NCBI RefSeq assembly: GCF_037042905.1
Contig: NC_087246.1
Span: forward strand, 35,650,001 to 35,714,000
Length of the DNA: 64,000 bases
Direction: 5' to 3'
From: Lytechinus pictus
Taxonomy: Eukaryota
The notes under the pieces were generated by a model. The model searched no databases and was not told the DNA's origin. It saw only the letters and a program-made list of their open reading frames with translations. A program made the position numbers and the translations under genes. Shown piece by piece: positions 1-13,935 of this stretch (within the stretch, counting starts at the first letter, position 1; each line of letters starts with the position of its first letter).

Positions 1-500
1 GCCGTTCCGAAGACCCCCATTTTAAGATCAAGTTCTAGTTCCAAAGCCCCCTATTTTCGACTTTGGTGTGGCACATAGGTATCATGTTATAATTCGAGTA
101 GCCCCCCCCCCCTTGGGATAGAAGTGTTTCCGGAAGTATAGGCTAAGCGAATTCTGAACTATATAGCACCTCCTAATGGCACAGGTGCCATTACTCGGAT
201 AATCTCATCCCTTGCGATGCTATTTTTGTACCATTTTTTTATTTGTAATTTGTATTTGTATTTTGATAATTAAAGGCCAATGACAAGGCCATTCCTAAAT
301 GATCTCAAGGCCCGTCTCGAGGATCATAACACTGCATATTATTTTCCATAAAATACAGTTATTGACTATATAGCTATTTTCTATTGACCCATATTGACCT
401 TCTGAAATCTTACCTTGGGCCTAGAACATAATGATGATCTCTATACTAGTAACTATGTTACACTTTCCCCTAAAATAATTTTGTATCTCTCTCTAAACAG

Positions 501-827
501 GTGCAAAGTGAGATAATTCCAGGTACGAGTGTGTTCGGCAGAGGTCGTATCAGATACTCTCGCGGATGCATGGAAGAGGACGTTTGCCAAGCAAACGACT
601 GTCGGAAAACCCCTGAGAATTGCATTAGTTGCTGCGATGGTGACTTATGCAACGCTGCCACGTTAAAGAACCACCTTGTAGATAATATGCTAACCCGACC
701 ATGTTACCGTTGCCAATATTCGGACATACGAGGAACCCGGAGTGACGCTCATTGCGGACCAAGTGACTTTGATGCATCTGCCTCGGACTCTCAGGTATAC
801 GGTATCGACTGCCCGGGTTTATGCTAC
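501..827 (+). CDS. Ly6/uPAR (three-finger, Quiver/sleepless-like) multi-domain protein, penultimate coding exon (5' exons lie outside the window)
   Basis: Acceptor ctctctaaacag|GTG at 500/501; donor TAC|gtgagt at 827/828; phase 0/0, 109 codons. Encodes RGC...CCDGDLCN (end of one LU domain), then CYRC...C...CPGLCY (start of the next). Confidence 0.85.
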
Positions 828-2039
828 GTGAGTATAAGAAGTTGCTTTTTAAGAATCGTTTCCTCCAAAATATATATATATCTTGATGTTTTAACAGATT
901 TTGTTGTAAAATGCAGACCTCATAGTATCAGCTGATCAATAATACTGTTTAGTGATTGTGACGTCAATTGACGGATATGCCAAAAACAGTACTTGCTAGC
1001 TAACAAACCTTTCAGATATTTTCGCAAGGCATCCGTTCTTTATCATGTTGGCGATGGTCATGGAACACCAATCTGCCAATTAGTCGTGATCAATCACCAC
1101 TTGCGATCAAGGAACATTACCAATCTATCACCACTGGGGGCCTTTATGAGGAGTACATGACGATAACGTCTGGTGATTTCGTAATTAAGAGACTTTGAGG
1201 GGAACTGTATTCTCATTGTATTTCATTATGGTTTATGTCGAGGGTTGCTTGTTTACAAGTTTTTAATTAACTTTTTGTTTGCAATCCTGGTATTTCATGC
1301 GCTGCATTTGTATATATCAATTATTTTATCTTGATTTTTATCTTATACCAAATAAATGTTAATCTGAATTTGAATCTGAAATATTATTTTCAGTTGGATT
1401 TTCGGATGTAAATGATCTATCAATGCCAGAAAACGAAGAAGGGGGTTGGAGAGAAGACAAGAAAGTGGGAGAAGGATTAAGGAGAAGATAACAAAAGACG
1501 GGTAAAGAAAAAGAAAACAGAAATATGGGGAAAATTTAGGAATTAATAGAAAAACAAGGAAACAGACTTTATTTTGGTCAGAGAGAAATTAAAAAAAAAA
1601 AGAGTAAAGAAGGTAATGCAGAAAACGAAATGTATATGAGAAGATAATAACAAAGTACAATAATAAGAACCTTTCATTATTTTCACGATAATTCAGGCAG
1701 AAACGGTCTCTCCAATATGCAATGAGCTGCGGACCCTTATCTTTTTTTAAAGTCCGATAGTCTGGCCACTAGCTACCAGTTCTTACTGCATACTGTGCTG
1801 CAAATCCATTGATAAATATAATATTGTTTTTATATTTGCATAATATTTCAAATTGAGATTTCAGAAATAAGATATTGTCGCGAAAGGTACTTGTCATCTT
1901 TTCCTAAACTCCCCCTGAAGCCCTGCATCAAAGTTTTGTTTCTTGTGGAAAAAACATTCCGATTTTGAGAGTCGGTGTTCATCTTGTCTAATGAATCTAT
2001 AATGCTGTTGTTTTCTTACTTCTCCTATTGATTTCAAAG

Positions 2040-2285
2040 ATCGCTAGACTCCAATACGAGCATGCTGTTGAAATCTTTCGAGGTTGCCAGTACCATGGTA
2101 GGTACTGTACCTATGACAGACAAGCAGTCGACGGCGTACCTGCAAATGAATTGGTTGATTATCGTACTGGACGTCACTTTGAGCTCTCATGTTGTGTTGA
2201 CGACAATTGTAACACCGCTACTGCCCTCTCCGTTGGATTAGTGACAATCCTTTTCTCAGCTACCCTCGGTGTGTTTGTCATCTAA
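2040..2285 (+). CDS. Ly6/uPAR protein, last coding exon with GPI-anchor-type hydrophobic tail
   Basis: Acceptor tttcaaag|ATC, in frame with the 501-827 exon. Encodes IFRGC...C...SCCVDDNCN, then small residues (TATA) and hydrophobic LSVGLVTILFSATLGVFVI-stop. Completes a 10-Cys LU domain. Confidence 0.85.
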   Translation: MARLQYEHAVEIFRGCQYHGRYCTYDRQAVDGVPANELVDYRTGRHFELSCCVDDNCNTATALSVGLVTILFSATLGVFVI

Positions 2286-4680
2286 ATCAAGTCGCCGTCG
2301 CCGGATGTATAAGCAAGCCACGGGAGGGTGTGTGTGTGTGTGTGGGGGGGGGGGGGGCTTTCGTAGAATGAGGTATTCATCAGACTATTTTAGTGAATTT
2401 GTTTTCGAGAGGATGCCACTTTTTGTTCATTCCTTTTACATTTTCATAGCTTGCAAATAATGTTCGACACCATTTAATTCACCCGTTCATTGATTTCGAG
2501 CGCCTCAAGGCCTCTAGGCATCTTACGATTTTTCCACAATCCGATTCTGGAACAAATCGCTTTTTGCTTATTTTCTGAAAATTTAAATGAAAAGTATCTT
2601 TTTATTTGAAGTTCAAATTAATTTGGATGATTACAAGCCTTTGTTTGATACCAAAGGCCAAATTGGTTTCAAATCATAACTAATCGAACGATGCTATAAC
2701 GACTAGATATTAAATTTGATATTATTCTGATAATGATGGTAGCATAGTCAAATAATTTGAACACAAGTGTTCTTCCGATGATTTAAAACTTTACACAGTA
2801 AGATGTTCTATGTCTCTATTTTGGCATCAAATAAGACTACGTTTTACTCTATTGCAGACCAGTTGTAAAACGTGCGGTGGCGTTACGTTTGTCGGATAAC
2901 TCCCGATAATTTTTACTCACCGACGTACGACGTTCTATAAGGGCCGCATGACAGAGGACACCTCTCAAATCCTTATCGTAAATTGAAGAACTGGGGAAAA
3001 AGAGATAAAAAAAAAAGAAGTGGCTATACCGTAAACAAAACTTCTACGAAAAGGGGCAATTCAAATTATGAATCAAAATCTTGGAAAATAATATCTTTGT
3101 GATCCTTTTTTAGAATCCACTTGTAAATTGACTTGTGGGAAACGTGTTTAGGGAATTTAATCGCGAACGAGTTGCTGATAAAATAAAATAATGTTTCGTA
3201 ATCGTGATTTGCGGTTAGAATTAATACAATTATTCAAATTTTTATTTTATAGTGCGTTTAGTTGAATCTGGCATAGACCTGCCAATTTTAACGAAATCCT
3301 GTATGATGACCGAAATCCTTGCTGGAAAGAATAATGTGTCATCCAGTGTTTCCCACGGTGTGTTCACACGAAAACAATAAGAAAACACCTTCATATTATA
3401 CCAATTGTGTGAACTTACTGCTAAGACTCACACTGTATTAGGTGTCCACATATGCACTGTTAGAAAAAAAACCTGATTTTACCAAAAAAAAAACAAGAAG
3501 ATTTTGCAAAAATCAACAACAGAATCATTCTGTAAATTCATAAAACATAATTTTTTCTGCAATTTAACAGAACAGGTCTGTTTAAAAAGGGGAAAATTGT
3601 GTTTCCTTTAAGGAATTCTATAAGGTTCCATACACCAAATACCAATTTCCTGTAAGAGTACGCAATCTGGTAAGATTACAGGTGTTCTCGAGACTCTGCT
3701 GCAGGAACTTCTTTTATTTTAAGGATAAATTTTCTAACAGACGAGTGTGGATCACATCTTCACACGCAGTGTTTTAAATAGTGTTATTTTTTCAGCACGG
3801 ATGAATTTCTGAAGTAAAATGCAAATTCAAAATATGAAACTATTAAATCGAATTTGATAAGAAATTACATCCCCCTCTCCCGATGTAAAAGACTGAAAAT
3901 TGCCTGTTGAGCAGCAAAACATGTCTGTTCTTGTGAATTCATTGGAATTTATTTTAATCCACTTGGCTAAAATATCGGTCGGACTTGGATATGATTCTTA
4001 AACAATTATAGAATTGGCAGGTCTCTTGTGTTTGATATTTTGTAGAGTTCCAGTGACATGGCTCAGGTGATTTTTTATGTGTGTGCGTGTGTATTTAAAA
4101 AAAAATCTAAGAAAGTGTTTGTGGCATCAAATAGACATCTTTATACAACACATGGATAGATCCTTGACAGCTGCTTGGATGTAAGCGTGTCACATGACAT
4201 TCAGAGGAATCAGCTATAGCACGCTAAGATATGCTAGCCGTGCTAATGGTGCTATAGTCATGATAGTCGACTATTGCACGCTCGTGCTATAGTCGACTAT
4301 AGCACGCTGAAGTAAATGAGCCAGCACTGCAAGATCCCTGGGCACACTGAACCCATGGACGTGCCCCGTACACGTTAAGTGAATAAGCGGTATACGCGCA
4401 TAGTATACGTAATCACGTTTTCGTATCTCTGACCGAATGATGTGCGTAGCACTGCGCATATACACGTTGCAAAGCTGAACACAATGCGCGTACGTACGTT
4501 GCTAAGCTAATTATTCCCAGGGTACGGCTTCTTACCTTCTAGATTTCCTTCTGGATTTTATGGAATTCGTTCACAAATTGGACTTCATGGATCTATGACT
4601 TTATGGATCTATGTTGAAAGTACTTGACTCTCCTGGGATTACTGGAGTAAATCTACTCGACGCTCAAAAGACAACATTTA

Positions 4681-5138
4681 CCGTGTTTACACTTAATCGG
4701 CATTTGAATCGGCTCACGGTTCTGAACCGCGAGCCGATGCAGCATCGGCTTTTTCATAGCGTGTAAACGCGAGTAACTTGCATCGGCTCGCGGTTCAGAA
4801 CCGGCAATTTGCACCACCAAAGTAGTAGGTTCTGAACCGCGAGCCGATGCAGAATCGGCTTTTTTACTACGTGTAAACAGAAATCCGATTCTGCATCGGC
4901 AATTTGTGCGCATTTCATTTACTTTACCATTGTGACGTAATTGTAAGCGCACTGATCCAGCGTTGTCTTTATTATGACGTTTATTGTTGGTGTGCGTATC
5001 ATTTCAGGTTTTTGTCGGGTTTTTGTATCGGCTCGCGGTTCTGAACCGCGAGCTGTAACAACGTGTAAACGCAAACCAAAAGCCGATTCTGCATCGGCTT
5101 TTGGTTCTGAACTAAATGCCGATTAAGTGTAAACACGG
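4681..5138. mobile_element. Palindromic MITE, TA-flanked (Tc1/mariner-type target site)
   Basis: Terminal inverted repeats CCGTGTTTACACTTAATCGGCATT / AATGCCGATTAAGTGTAAACACGG with TA on both sides. Internal GGTTCTGAACCGCGAGCCGA repeats occur in both orientations. Confidence 0.8.
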
Positions 5139-5229
5139 TATCTGTAAACAAAATAAGATCTAACGCGCGTTAGTCATAGACTAGACCTGTAGATCTAGTC
5201 TAAACTGTAAGCTTTCGGTGTTGTATAAA

Positions 5230-5393
5230 ACAAATAGTCAATGTTGTATTCGTGCGACGTTCCGAATATTACATTCGTTGCAAGTTGAAACAGTCTATTT
5301 AACTCCGCTTCGCGTCGTTGAATAGACTGTTTCAACTTGCACACTCATGCAATATTCGGAACGATCGCACTCATCAACATTGAATATTTGTAT
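5230..5393. repeat. Fold-back (hairpin) element, probable MITE
   Basis: Inverted arms, e.g. TGCAAGTTGAAACAGTCTATT ... AATAGACTGTTTCAACTTGCA and GTTCCGAATATT ... AATATTCGGAAC. Confidence 0.7.
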
Positions 5394-7929
5394 AGTATTG
5401 TAAACTAGTCTTGATGAATATTCATTTTTATTAAACATGAAAACGTGATGTTAACCTCGATATAAACTGCAGTGGCCATTTGATCTTCATCGGAAAATGA
5501 CAATAAATGAAAATAAATGAAAATGACCAAAATAGTGGTCTGTGCAAAATAATTATGCAATGGATACTGTAAACATAGTGAAGTTGAGTAACTGACGAAA
5601 TTGATAGAAATGCTCAAGGAATCTGAACACGCTCAAACATTTCAAGAATCACATCATATAAATGTGATTTAACGTGACTGATGACATATTTATGATAGGA
5701 GCTTCATATCCCAAAACAATACCTGTCTCGATAATTGCACATTTTGCGTAAAAATAATTCAGCCTTAATTGGTCTTTGCTGTTATCTCGACCCTAAATTT
5801 AGAATCATATGTTAAGGACGATTTACGAAAGATTTGCAGTGTTACAACGTGTGATTAGAATAGAAATTCTTTTTATGACAATGCGGACCAGCTAGGCCCG
5901 GAGGTTTTACTGGTACGGAGCAAGAGGCGACCGCCAATTGATTTTAGATTAAAAAAAAAAAACATGGAAGAGAAACAAAGGCTAAAAGAGGGAAGAATAA
6001 AAATAGAAAGAAAGAAAAGAGAAGAGTGTGAAAAGTAGAAATCTCAAATTCCCTGTGTATACAAACTACAATACACTCTACAAAAAGAAGGTTTACCCGA
6101 TATTGGGGAAAAAATGGGAACATGCATTTTGGTTGGGTAGAATTTTACGCAATGTTGAGTTGAAATAGCCCAATATGGGGTGAAAAAAATACCCAGCAAA
6201 CATGCATGTTCCCTTTCTACCCAATATTGGGTAAAATTTTACTCAGAGTGTATAGCTCTGGTATTCCAGCGAATTCCTACTTCCCTGATTATACAATTGA
6301 TGAAAAAAATACGGTAATTTTAGTTTGTCTTGCCCCCCCCCCAAAAAAAAAATGTCCCAGCGCCGCCTCTAACCCAGACGCATACATGGGTGTGAATAGA
6401 TAAAAGATTGTATTTACTACCTTCATTCATGTGAATTAAAATATTCTGGTATTTGATGTAAATACAAATGATTTTAGGAAGGAATATTTTCGTTTACCAT
6501 TTATCATTGTCCTCAATTTGTCTGAGTAAAATCGAAGTTTTCTACAAAATAGATTTGAGTTTTGAGTTTTGCTCGGTCACATACTTCTTCCGGGTCATTT
6601 CTACCCTGAACATAGTTTTTTTCCAAACTCGTTGCGCAACTGTCCGATTTCCGGCTGATCTAAGATTCCGGTCAACCTGACCGGGGATTTTATTCAGGAT
6701 GTTTACCTTAGACAAAAATGACAAAATTCAAGATATTTTTTTCAAAACTAAAAGTCAACGATTTCAAAAGTTATTTATTCATATTTGAATAAAATGTTTT
6801 AGATTGTTTTATGTTTGTTCTGTGTTTGATTCACTTAATTTAAATGACATTTGCATTAAAATCATGTAATAATCTTTGTGTGATTGTACTATCTTTTAAA
6901 ATTTATTGTTTTGATTTCTTTTTACAGCAATTTTGTACATCAAATGCTATGCCCTGGGGAAAATATAGGTTTAAGGTGGTTTGTCTACCTACAGTGTTTT
7001 GCTAGTAGTACACAGAGCCTGATATAAGAGGCAAATTTATTTTTTTCTTATAATGTGCACTTTGTGTGACTATTTCTATTGATGTAATGCGTCAGTATGA
7101 TAAATGTGTTAAATGAGATTAAAGAAATCAATCACATTTTGACCCATTAGTATTTTAATGTATTATTCATTTGTGATAAAAATGGCGTTAGGGAAAGAGA
7201 GATTATATCGAAAGTAACAGTGGTTCTTTTTCATTTTGACGGCGATGTACCATTGAAAACGACGTGACATTATTAAAAAAATGAAGTGCTGATTTATCAC
7301 TTACTAATCGGCACTCCGAAGTGCAGTCATAATACAAGCACCCATGGTGCAAAATTAACGCTTCATTTCTTCTGTGATAATTTCACGTAATTAAAAGAAA
7401 TGATAAAAAAAAATAATGAAAAATGTATCAGAAAGAGAAAAGGAATAGAAAGAGAGAAAAGGGATCGGAAAAAGACAGTTTGTTCGATGGTAAAAAAAGG
7501 AATAAAATAAATCACTCCTTTTCGGGCCATCTTGCCCCCGCCCCTATCCTATGAATCTACGACCCTGCCAATGTTCTTTTTTTTTTCGGTTGTAAGGATG
7601 TTGCCAAAAGACTGTACTGAGGGAGAGATCTATACAAGAGATAGAGAGAATGGAGCTTGAGGAAGTGAGACGGAGAGAGATAGAACTGAAGGGTGAAAAC
7701 GAGAGGGGGGGGGGGAGAAAGACGAGAGAGGGAGGGATAGAACGAGAGCGCAAGAAAGTGAAAAAAATGGGAGAAAAGTTGGGAAAGAAATGAGGAGAAG
7801 AGGAAATGGTAGAGAAAGAGAGGGGGAGAGAGAGATGGGGGGGGGGGGTAAGTAACGGGAAATCATATCAATATGTCACAGTTTATGATTTCATATTTTT
7901 CGAAGTTGATAGTTTTTCATTCATCCATT

Positions 7930-8720
7930 TGTTATTTGAAGAGTTAAGTTGCAAAAGGAGTTTAGGTCCACTTTTTACCATTCCGAGAAAAACCATGTTT
8001 TTTATTCTCACTTACTGCAATATTCTTATGAGAAACTAAATTGTCATGATGTACTACCCTATCATGTGAACATAAAATTGGGTATAAAATAATCTACCTG
8101 TCTTCAATTTGTTTCAATATATTCTTTTAAATATTATCACTGTGGACCTAATACCTTTTGCAAGTAAACTTAAATGAATCCAATCTATTTTGACTTAAAA
8201 AGTGATTTTTCTTTGCCACTTTTATTCACGTTTTCATGTGAATTTCAATTTTTTTTTTGTTTTCATCAGAACGACTAAAAATTCATAGGTTTTGAGACAG
8301 AAAACAATAAAATTTATGAACAATGAACCTAACCCCGTTTGACAAATGAGCTCTTCAGAATAGTTTGTTTGCAAAAGGCGTTAGGTCCAATCCAAGAAAA
8401 TCATTTTTATATTCTCCCATATTGCAATATTCTTATGCGAAACTAAATTTTCATTATACCATACTATGATAACAAAAAATTGGGTATAAAAGAAATCTAC
8501 CTGTCTTCATATTTCTTAAAATATTCTTTTTCAAAAAAATTATGTGTGGACCTAACCCCTTTTGAAAAAAAGTGATTTTCTTTGCCATCTTAGATCACTT
8601 TTTAATGGGAATTTCAACTTTTCTTTGGTATCATCTTATAGAGCTACTAAAAATCTATACATTGAGACAAAAAAAAAATCAAATTTGATGAAAAATGGAC
8701 ATAACCCCTTTTGCAAGTGT
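7930..8720. repeat. Degenerate repeat with ~400-bp direct duplication and internal inverted GCAAAAGG..TTAGGTCCA motifs
   Basis: TTTTATTCTC..TGCAATATTCTTATG.GAAACTAAATT...AAAATTGGGTATAAAA..AATCTACCTGTCTTCA is seen at ~8000-8110 and again at ~8405-8510. Confidence 0.55.
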
Positions 8721-9211
8721 TCTGAAACAAGATGACGTTCGAATTCTGTGATTGAGCTGTCACTTGATTAAAATACATGGACACAAACTCGATTGTGTTT
8801 CTAACCATTCTAAAAATGCATGCATGTTTCAAGTTTCACCGGAGTGTAATTTGATGAGAAAAATGATAATTTTTTATATTTTGTAATCAAAATTTAGAAA
8901 AAATTAGCACTCGACAGGTACAAATTACCACCAAAGATGGAAATAAGTATGCTTTATACATATTTATTCTTTGTATAAGTCACCTATGTTTTGCTTGTTT
9001 ACAGATCTACCATATAAGACAAGTTGTAATTCAGCCATTGGCCCGAGGGATGTTTCAACGTAACAATACATAAAGACCTTTATTATGCGAACAATTGAGG
9101 TCGCCCCATTAAACAGAGGAAGAGAGAGGGGGAAAGAGGATGATAACAACCCCTTCGGTTTGGTAAGGAAATGGAAGTAGAATGTGATTACTGTAGTATA
9201 TATTTTCTTAA

Positions 9212-9815
9212 AGGACAAGTCCACCCCGACAAAAACTTGATTTGAATAAAAAGAGAAAAATCCAACAAGCATAACACTGCAAATTTCATCAAAATCGGAT
9301 GTAAAATAAGAAAGTTATGACATTTTAAAGTTTCGCTTAATTTCACAAAACAGTTATATGCACATCCTGGTCGGTATGCAAATGAGGAGACTGATGACGT
9401 CATTCACTCACAATTTCTTTTGTATTTTAATATATGAGATGTGAAATATTCTAATTTCCTCCTCATTGTCAAGTGAAACAGTGATTAATTCCTCCCTGAA
9501 CATGTGGAATTAGCATTGTTTATTACTATATGGTTCAGTCAAGTCGGTCCCTATGGTCAAATCTGTAAAAAAATGAAATATTGTATAATTCAAACAATAA
9601 AAAACAAAAGAAATAGTGAGTGATGGACATCATCGCATGACTCATTTGCATGTCTCTGAGTTGTGCATATCACAGTTTTGTGAAAAATAAGCGAAACTTT
9701 AAAATGCCATAACTTTCTTATTTTACACCCGATTTTGATGAAATTTTCGGTGTTATGCTAGTTTGATTTTTCTCTACTTATTCATATCAATATTTAGCTG
9801 GGGTGGACTTGACCT
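9212..9815. mobile_element. Non-autonomous DNA transposon with TTAA target duplication (Kolobok- or piggyBac-type)
   Basis: ttaa|AGGACAAGTCCACCCC ... GGGGTGGACTTGACCT|ttaa, with long imperfect inverted arms. A degenerate relative lies at 31429-31900, with fragments near 34455, 46300-46520 and 59040-59175. Confidence 0.8.
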
Positions 9816-12535
9816 TTAAACATTGATGAGCCTGTCACGGTAGAATTGTTTATTTCGTGCATAGGCGGGGGTTGTACGAAGATTTAGAAGAAAACAACTG
9901 TTATTATTCACGTGAAGTTACATGCGAGTATATAGCTTTACCATGGTTGTAACATAAATACAATCCCATAAAATGCCATTTGCTCAGAAGATAAAATGGT
10001 TTGTTTAACATGCGATATCATCGAACACTTTATAACAAGATACATGGTCCTGGGAAGCGGGGGCAGTGCTGAACCCCCAAGATTTCCCCGGGGTGCTGCG
10101 TGTGTTATACACCACAAAGGCAGCCCCCCCCCCTGGAAATCAGGTAGGTATATGCTAAAAATAGAAATTTAACCAAATTCACCTTCATTTTGTTGTAAAA
10201 CTTTTTTTATAGCCAAATTTTGTCTGAGCCAAATCACCTTCCTTGTGAAATATCGTCTTTTTTTCGCTTGTCAAAATTTTCTTCCGAACCAACACCCCCT
10301 ATTAACAACAATTTCAACCATGAACCATCAAACTTAAAATATTTCGAAATTGATTTTACCGTATTCCATAAAAACAGTATCTGACGTTGTCCATCAAAAT
10401 GTGTGACCCTCTTTCTTGGCATTGAAGTATGATGTCAAGAATGAAATGTCAAGCGCTGACATCCACGTGCCCCATCCCCTTCGATCAACAGCTCCTGTAC
10501 TGGCTGTATATATACGGTGCGACTGAAGCAGTCAACATTTAGAAATTAGGCAACATTCCGTTACCGCACTTCACACCCTAAATATCTTTAAATGTGAATC
10601 CGTGTACAAATCTAATACAATTTAATTTTAAGCCAACATTCTTAATTTATTTTTTTTACTGACTAAACTTAATAAAAAAAAAATTTAACTGTGAACCCTT
10701 TTTTTTTTTTTTTTTTTTTTTTTGGGGGGGGGGGGGTCAAATTTCTCGGTTAAAACCCCTCCTTGAACAAAAAAACTGGATCCGCTCCTACATACAATAT
10801 CCATCACAACCTGAAGAGAGGATCGGAGTGTTACCAAGTCTATATTTTTCTCAATAAGGTGGGGTTGAGGCTGCAACCAAAATCACCACCTCTCCCCACT
10901 ACTAGGATGTTATCAATGTCCCGAAAATCCATCCATGCGGAATCAACTTCTGATCTCGCCACTCTTCTTCCCTCCCCCTCATATTCTATACTCATAGTAT
11001 TACCTTTTTGGGGTTCCTTGAAATAGTTTGAATTATTCGATGTTAAGTTTTTACCCAAACAGGACTCAACGAACTCAGCAAATTGAATGCGTAATTAGCA
11101 TTGAATGCGTAATTAGCAAAGTTACGCAGGTCCACGGTCAAATCAAACAATAGGGAGCTTTAGTTATCACGATCTTGGCAGGACACATTTCGGAGGGAGA
11201 GGGGGGGGGGTGCATTATTAGAATAGGTCACCAGCCGTGATTACATTTTTACGTTGACCTCCATTATGTACTAATTCCAGAAACAAATTACATCTGACAT
11301 GTGATCATTGGCCATGTGTATGCATACACATACAGAAATAAAGGAAACAAATCTCTTTTTTTTAATTGGAAAATTATGTAGGTCTTCCTAGCTCTTATCT
11401 GAGATTTTCTATTTGTTTTCTTTTATGACCCCCCGAAGAGATTCTACAAATTCACGTGTATTGCGATAAATGTCTTCTCGTCATACCTATAAACTGCATT
11501 TTATTTGGTGATGTGTAATCTACTATTGGGACTTTATTACTTTAATACAAATATTTGCATCTCTAATACAGAAATAAAAACGGATGCTGGGCGATCATGA
11601 TAATATGAATAAGAATAAAGAAAAATCTGAAACATTTCTCTCACGTTCTGCAAGGTGTCGATTCTTGAGCTGAACCGGATACTTTCGCCCCGAGGTACAT
11701 ATATCAATAAACATTATTTTACTAACTGACAGACATTTATTTTGATAAATATCAATTTATATCAAGCTCAGCGATGGAGGAATGCCCTCATGGGCATGTA
11801 TGTCTCCCTTGTGATCAAAACGAAATACAGCCTTAAACAATAAAGCAAAATTGTCTGATCGACACTTCAGAAGAAAAGAATGAAGGAAATATAGAAGAAA
11901 AAAAAAACAATGAGAGAGAGAGGGGGGAGGGGGGATGGGAGGGGTGGAGCACGATAGAGGGATGTCGTCAGTTATCAGCCAGGATCAGAGAACAGGACAA
12001 AACGAGACAATAATTTTTTTCTTCAAATACTTGTCAGTGATAACCGTGTCCTCGTAAAACAAAAAGGTAAACTCAATCACCAAAGGATGTGACATCTTCT
12101 ACTCACTGATTGTAAACGACTCAACTTGGCATGATTAGTTCTTAGGTCGATGTTCAAGTTTAATTGCGCGGCTGGTTCTTGCAATACTCTGAACACATTT
12201 CGTCAGACTAGGCCCATATACTTACAAATAGCGAGCAAGATGTGAAAAGTTTCATTGATATGCGAAAACCTAATTAAGCCTGTTCATCTGATTTAGGAAA
12301 ATCCTAACTCCGTTGTCTTCATAAACAGTTTGAACACGTGCCGAATAGAGGTAAGGATACTTTTCATTGTACATTTTTTCAGTAAATATGTAAGTTTTCG
12401 ACAACTTATCCATAGATTTCGCTTCGCCAGATGTCTGGGCCAAAATACCCGTAAAACCATGTCTGTGCGTTTCTTCTTTCGCTCTTAAAGTTCCCATATT
12501 CCCGATCCAATTTCTAGCTCTAACTTGTCCAACAT

Positions 12536-12822
12536 CATGGCCCTAGAAAGCAGGGGTGCTGAAGCACTCTACAATTTTTTTTTCTGCGGGTGATGTGCAT
12601 TTACTCCTGGAAATCAGGTTGGTCTTTGCTAAAATGATGAAATTTTCCCACGTTAGCCTTCATTTTTAGCGGCAACCTTTTATTTGGTCATTTTTGTGAC
12701 TAAAATCACCTCCACTTTGGAGATTTAAAAAAAAAAAAAAATTATCTTTTTTATTTTTGGCGTGTCATTTTTCATTCAAACTCAGCATGCACCCCTCTTC
12801 AAAAATCATTCCTATGCCCCTG
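12536..12822. mobile_element. hAT-type MITE
   Basis: CATGGCCCTAGAAAG ... ATTCCTATGCCCCTG ends; near-perfect 8-bp TSD TCCAACAT/TCTAACAT; a related sequence starts at ~10043. Confidence 0.55.
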
Positions 12823-13382
12823 TCTAACATCTAATATATAGTTCCCAATCAAAAGTGCGCGACTATATATTTTGACTGTAAGCGACGAATGCTCCCCAAA
12901 TCGAACATTCGCAATCCCAAAATATCATTGACCTGCAATCAAAAAATTGATCTTAGGTGCTAATTACGGCATAATGGCATCCAATTTTAGACCAAATGGA
13001 GTAGAAGCACAGTCATATTAATCCCATCATTGCCCATATAGAACTTTCTACTGGAAATTCGGTTTGAATTGATTCAGAGTAAACGGTTTTCGGAGTCTCT
13101 CCTGAACCCTTAGCATACATGGTAGAGGTTAAAATAATGCTTGAAAAAAAACTTGTGAACATTTTCTTTGAGTGATACCATTTTTACCTGTTAGTAATAA
13201 AGATATTATGGCCATTGCTGGTGTAATCATTCCCCTACTTTTAATATCATATTTTTAAAAGCTTAATCATTGTAACTATATTAAGGCGCAATTGAAATAA
13301 ACTCCTCTCTAAAAAAAAATGCTTTACGGGATTGTGATGTAATCACAATAATAGAGATCCTCCCGATCATTGGGTATACGGT

Positions 13383-13935
13383 GCGATTACACTTCGTAAT
13401 TCCGAAGGTTCGTAATTCCGAAGGTTCGTAATTCCGAAGGTACTTTATTCCGAAGGTTCGTAATTCCGAAACACGTAAATTGCCTATACCTCGATGTTCG
13501 TTAATCCGAAAACGTAAAAAGTTTCGTTAATCCGAACATTTGTGGCGTTATTCCGAAGGTTCGTTATTCCGAAGGTTCGATAATGCGAAAACGAAATATA
13601 AAGGTTCGATGTTCCTAAGGCTCGATAATCCGAAAACGAAATAAGGTACGTTGTTCCGAAGGTTCGTAAATCCGAAAACGAAATAAGGTTCGTTGTTCCG
13701 AAGGTTCGTTAGTCCGAAAACGAAATAAGGTTCGTTAATCATTTCGTTTTCGGACTTACGAACCTTCGGAATTACGAACCTCATTTCGTTTTCGGATTAA
13801 CGAACCTTCGGAATTACGAACCTCACTTCTTTGTCGGACTAACGAACCTTCGGAATTACGAACCTTCGGAAATACGAACCTTCGGAATAACGAACCTTCG
13901 GAATATCCGAACCTTCGGAATTACGAATGTATGCG
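13383..13935. mobile_element. Fold-back element built from 16-bp TTCGTAATTCCGAAGG minisatellite arms
   Basis: Left arm carries (TTCGTAATTCCGAAGG)n and right arm its reverse complement (CCTTCGGAATTACGAA)n. Flanked by direct repeat ATACGGT (13376-13382, 13936-13942). Confidence 0.75.

Noticed and set aside
13383-13935. CRISPR-like regularly repeated array
   Set aside because: Units are contiguous with no unique spacers, the arms are inverted, there are no cas genes and the context is eukaryotic.
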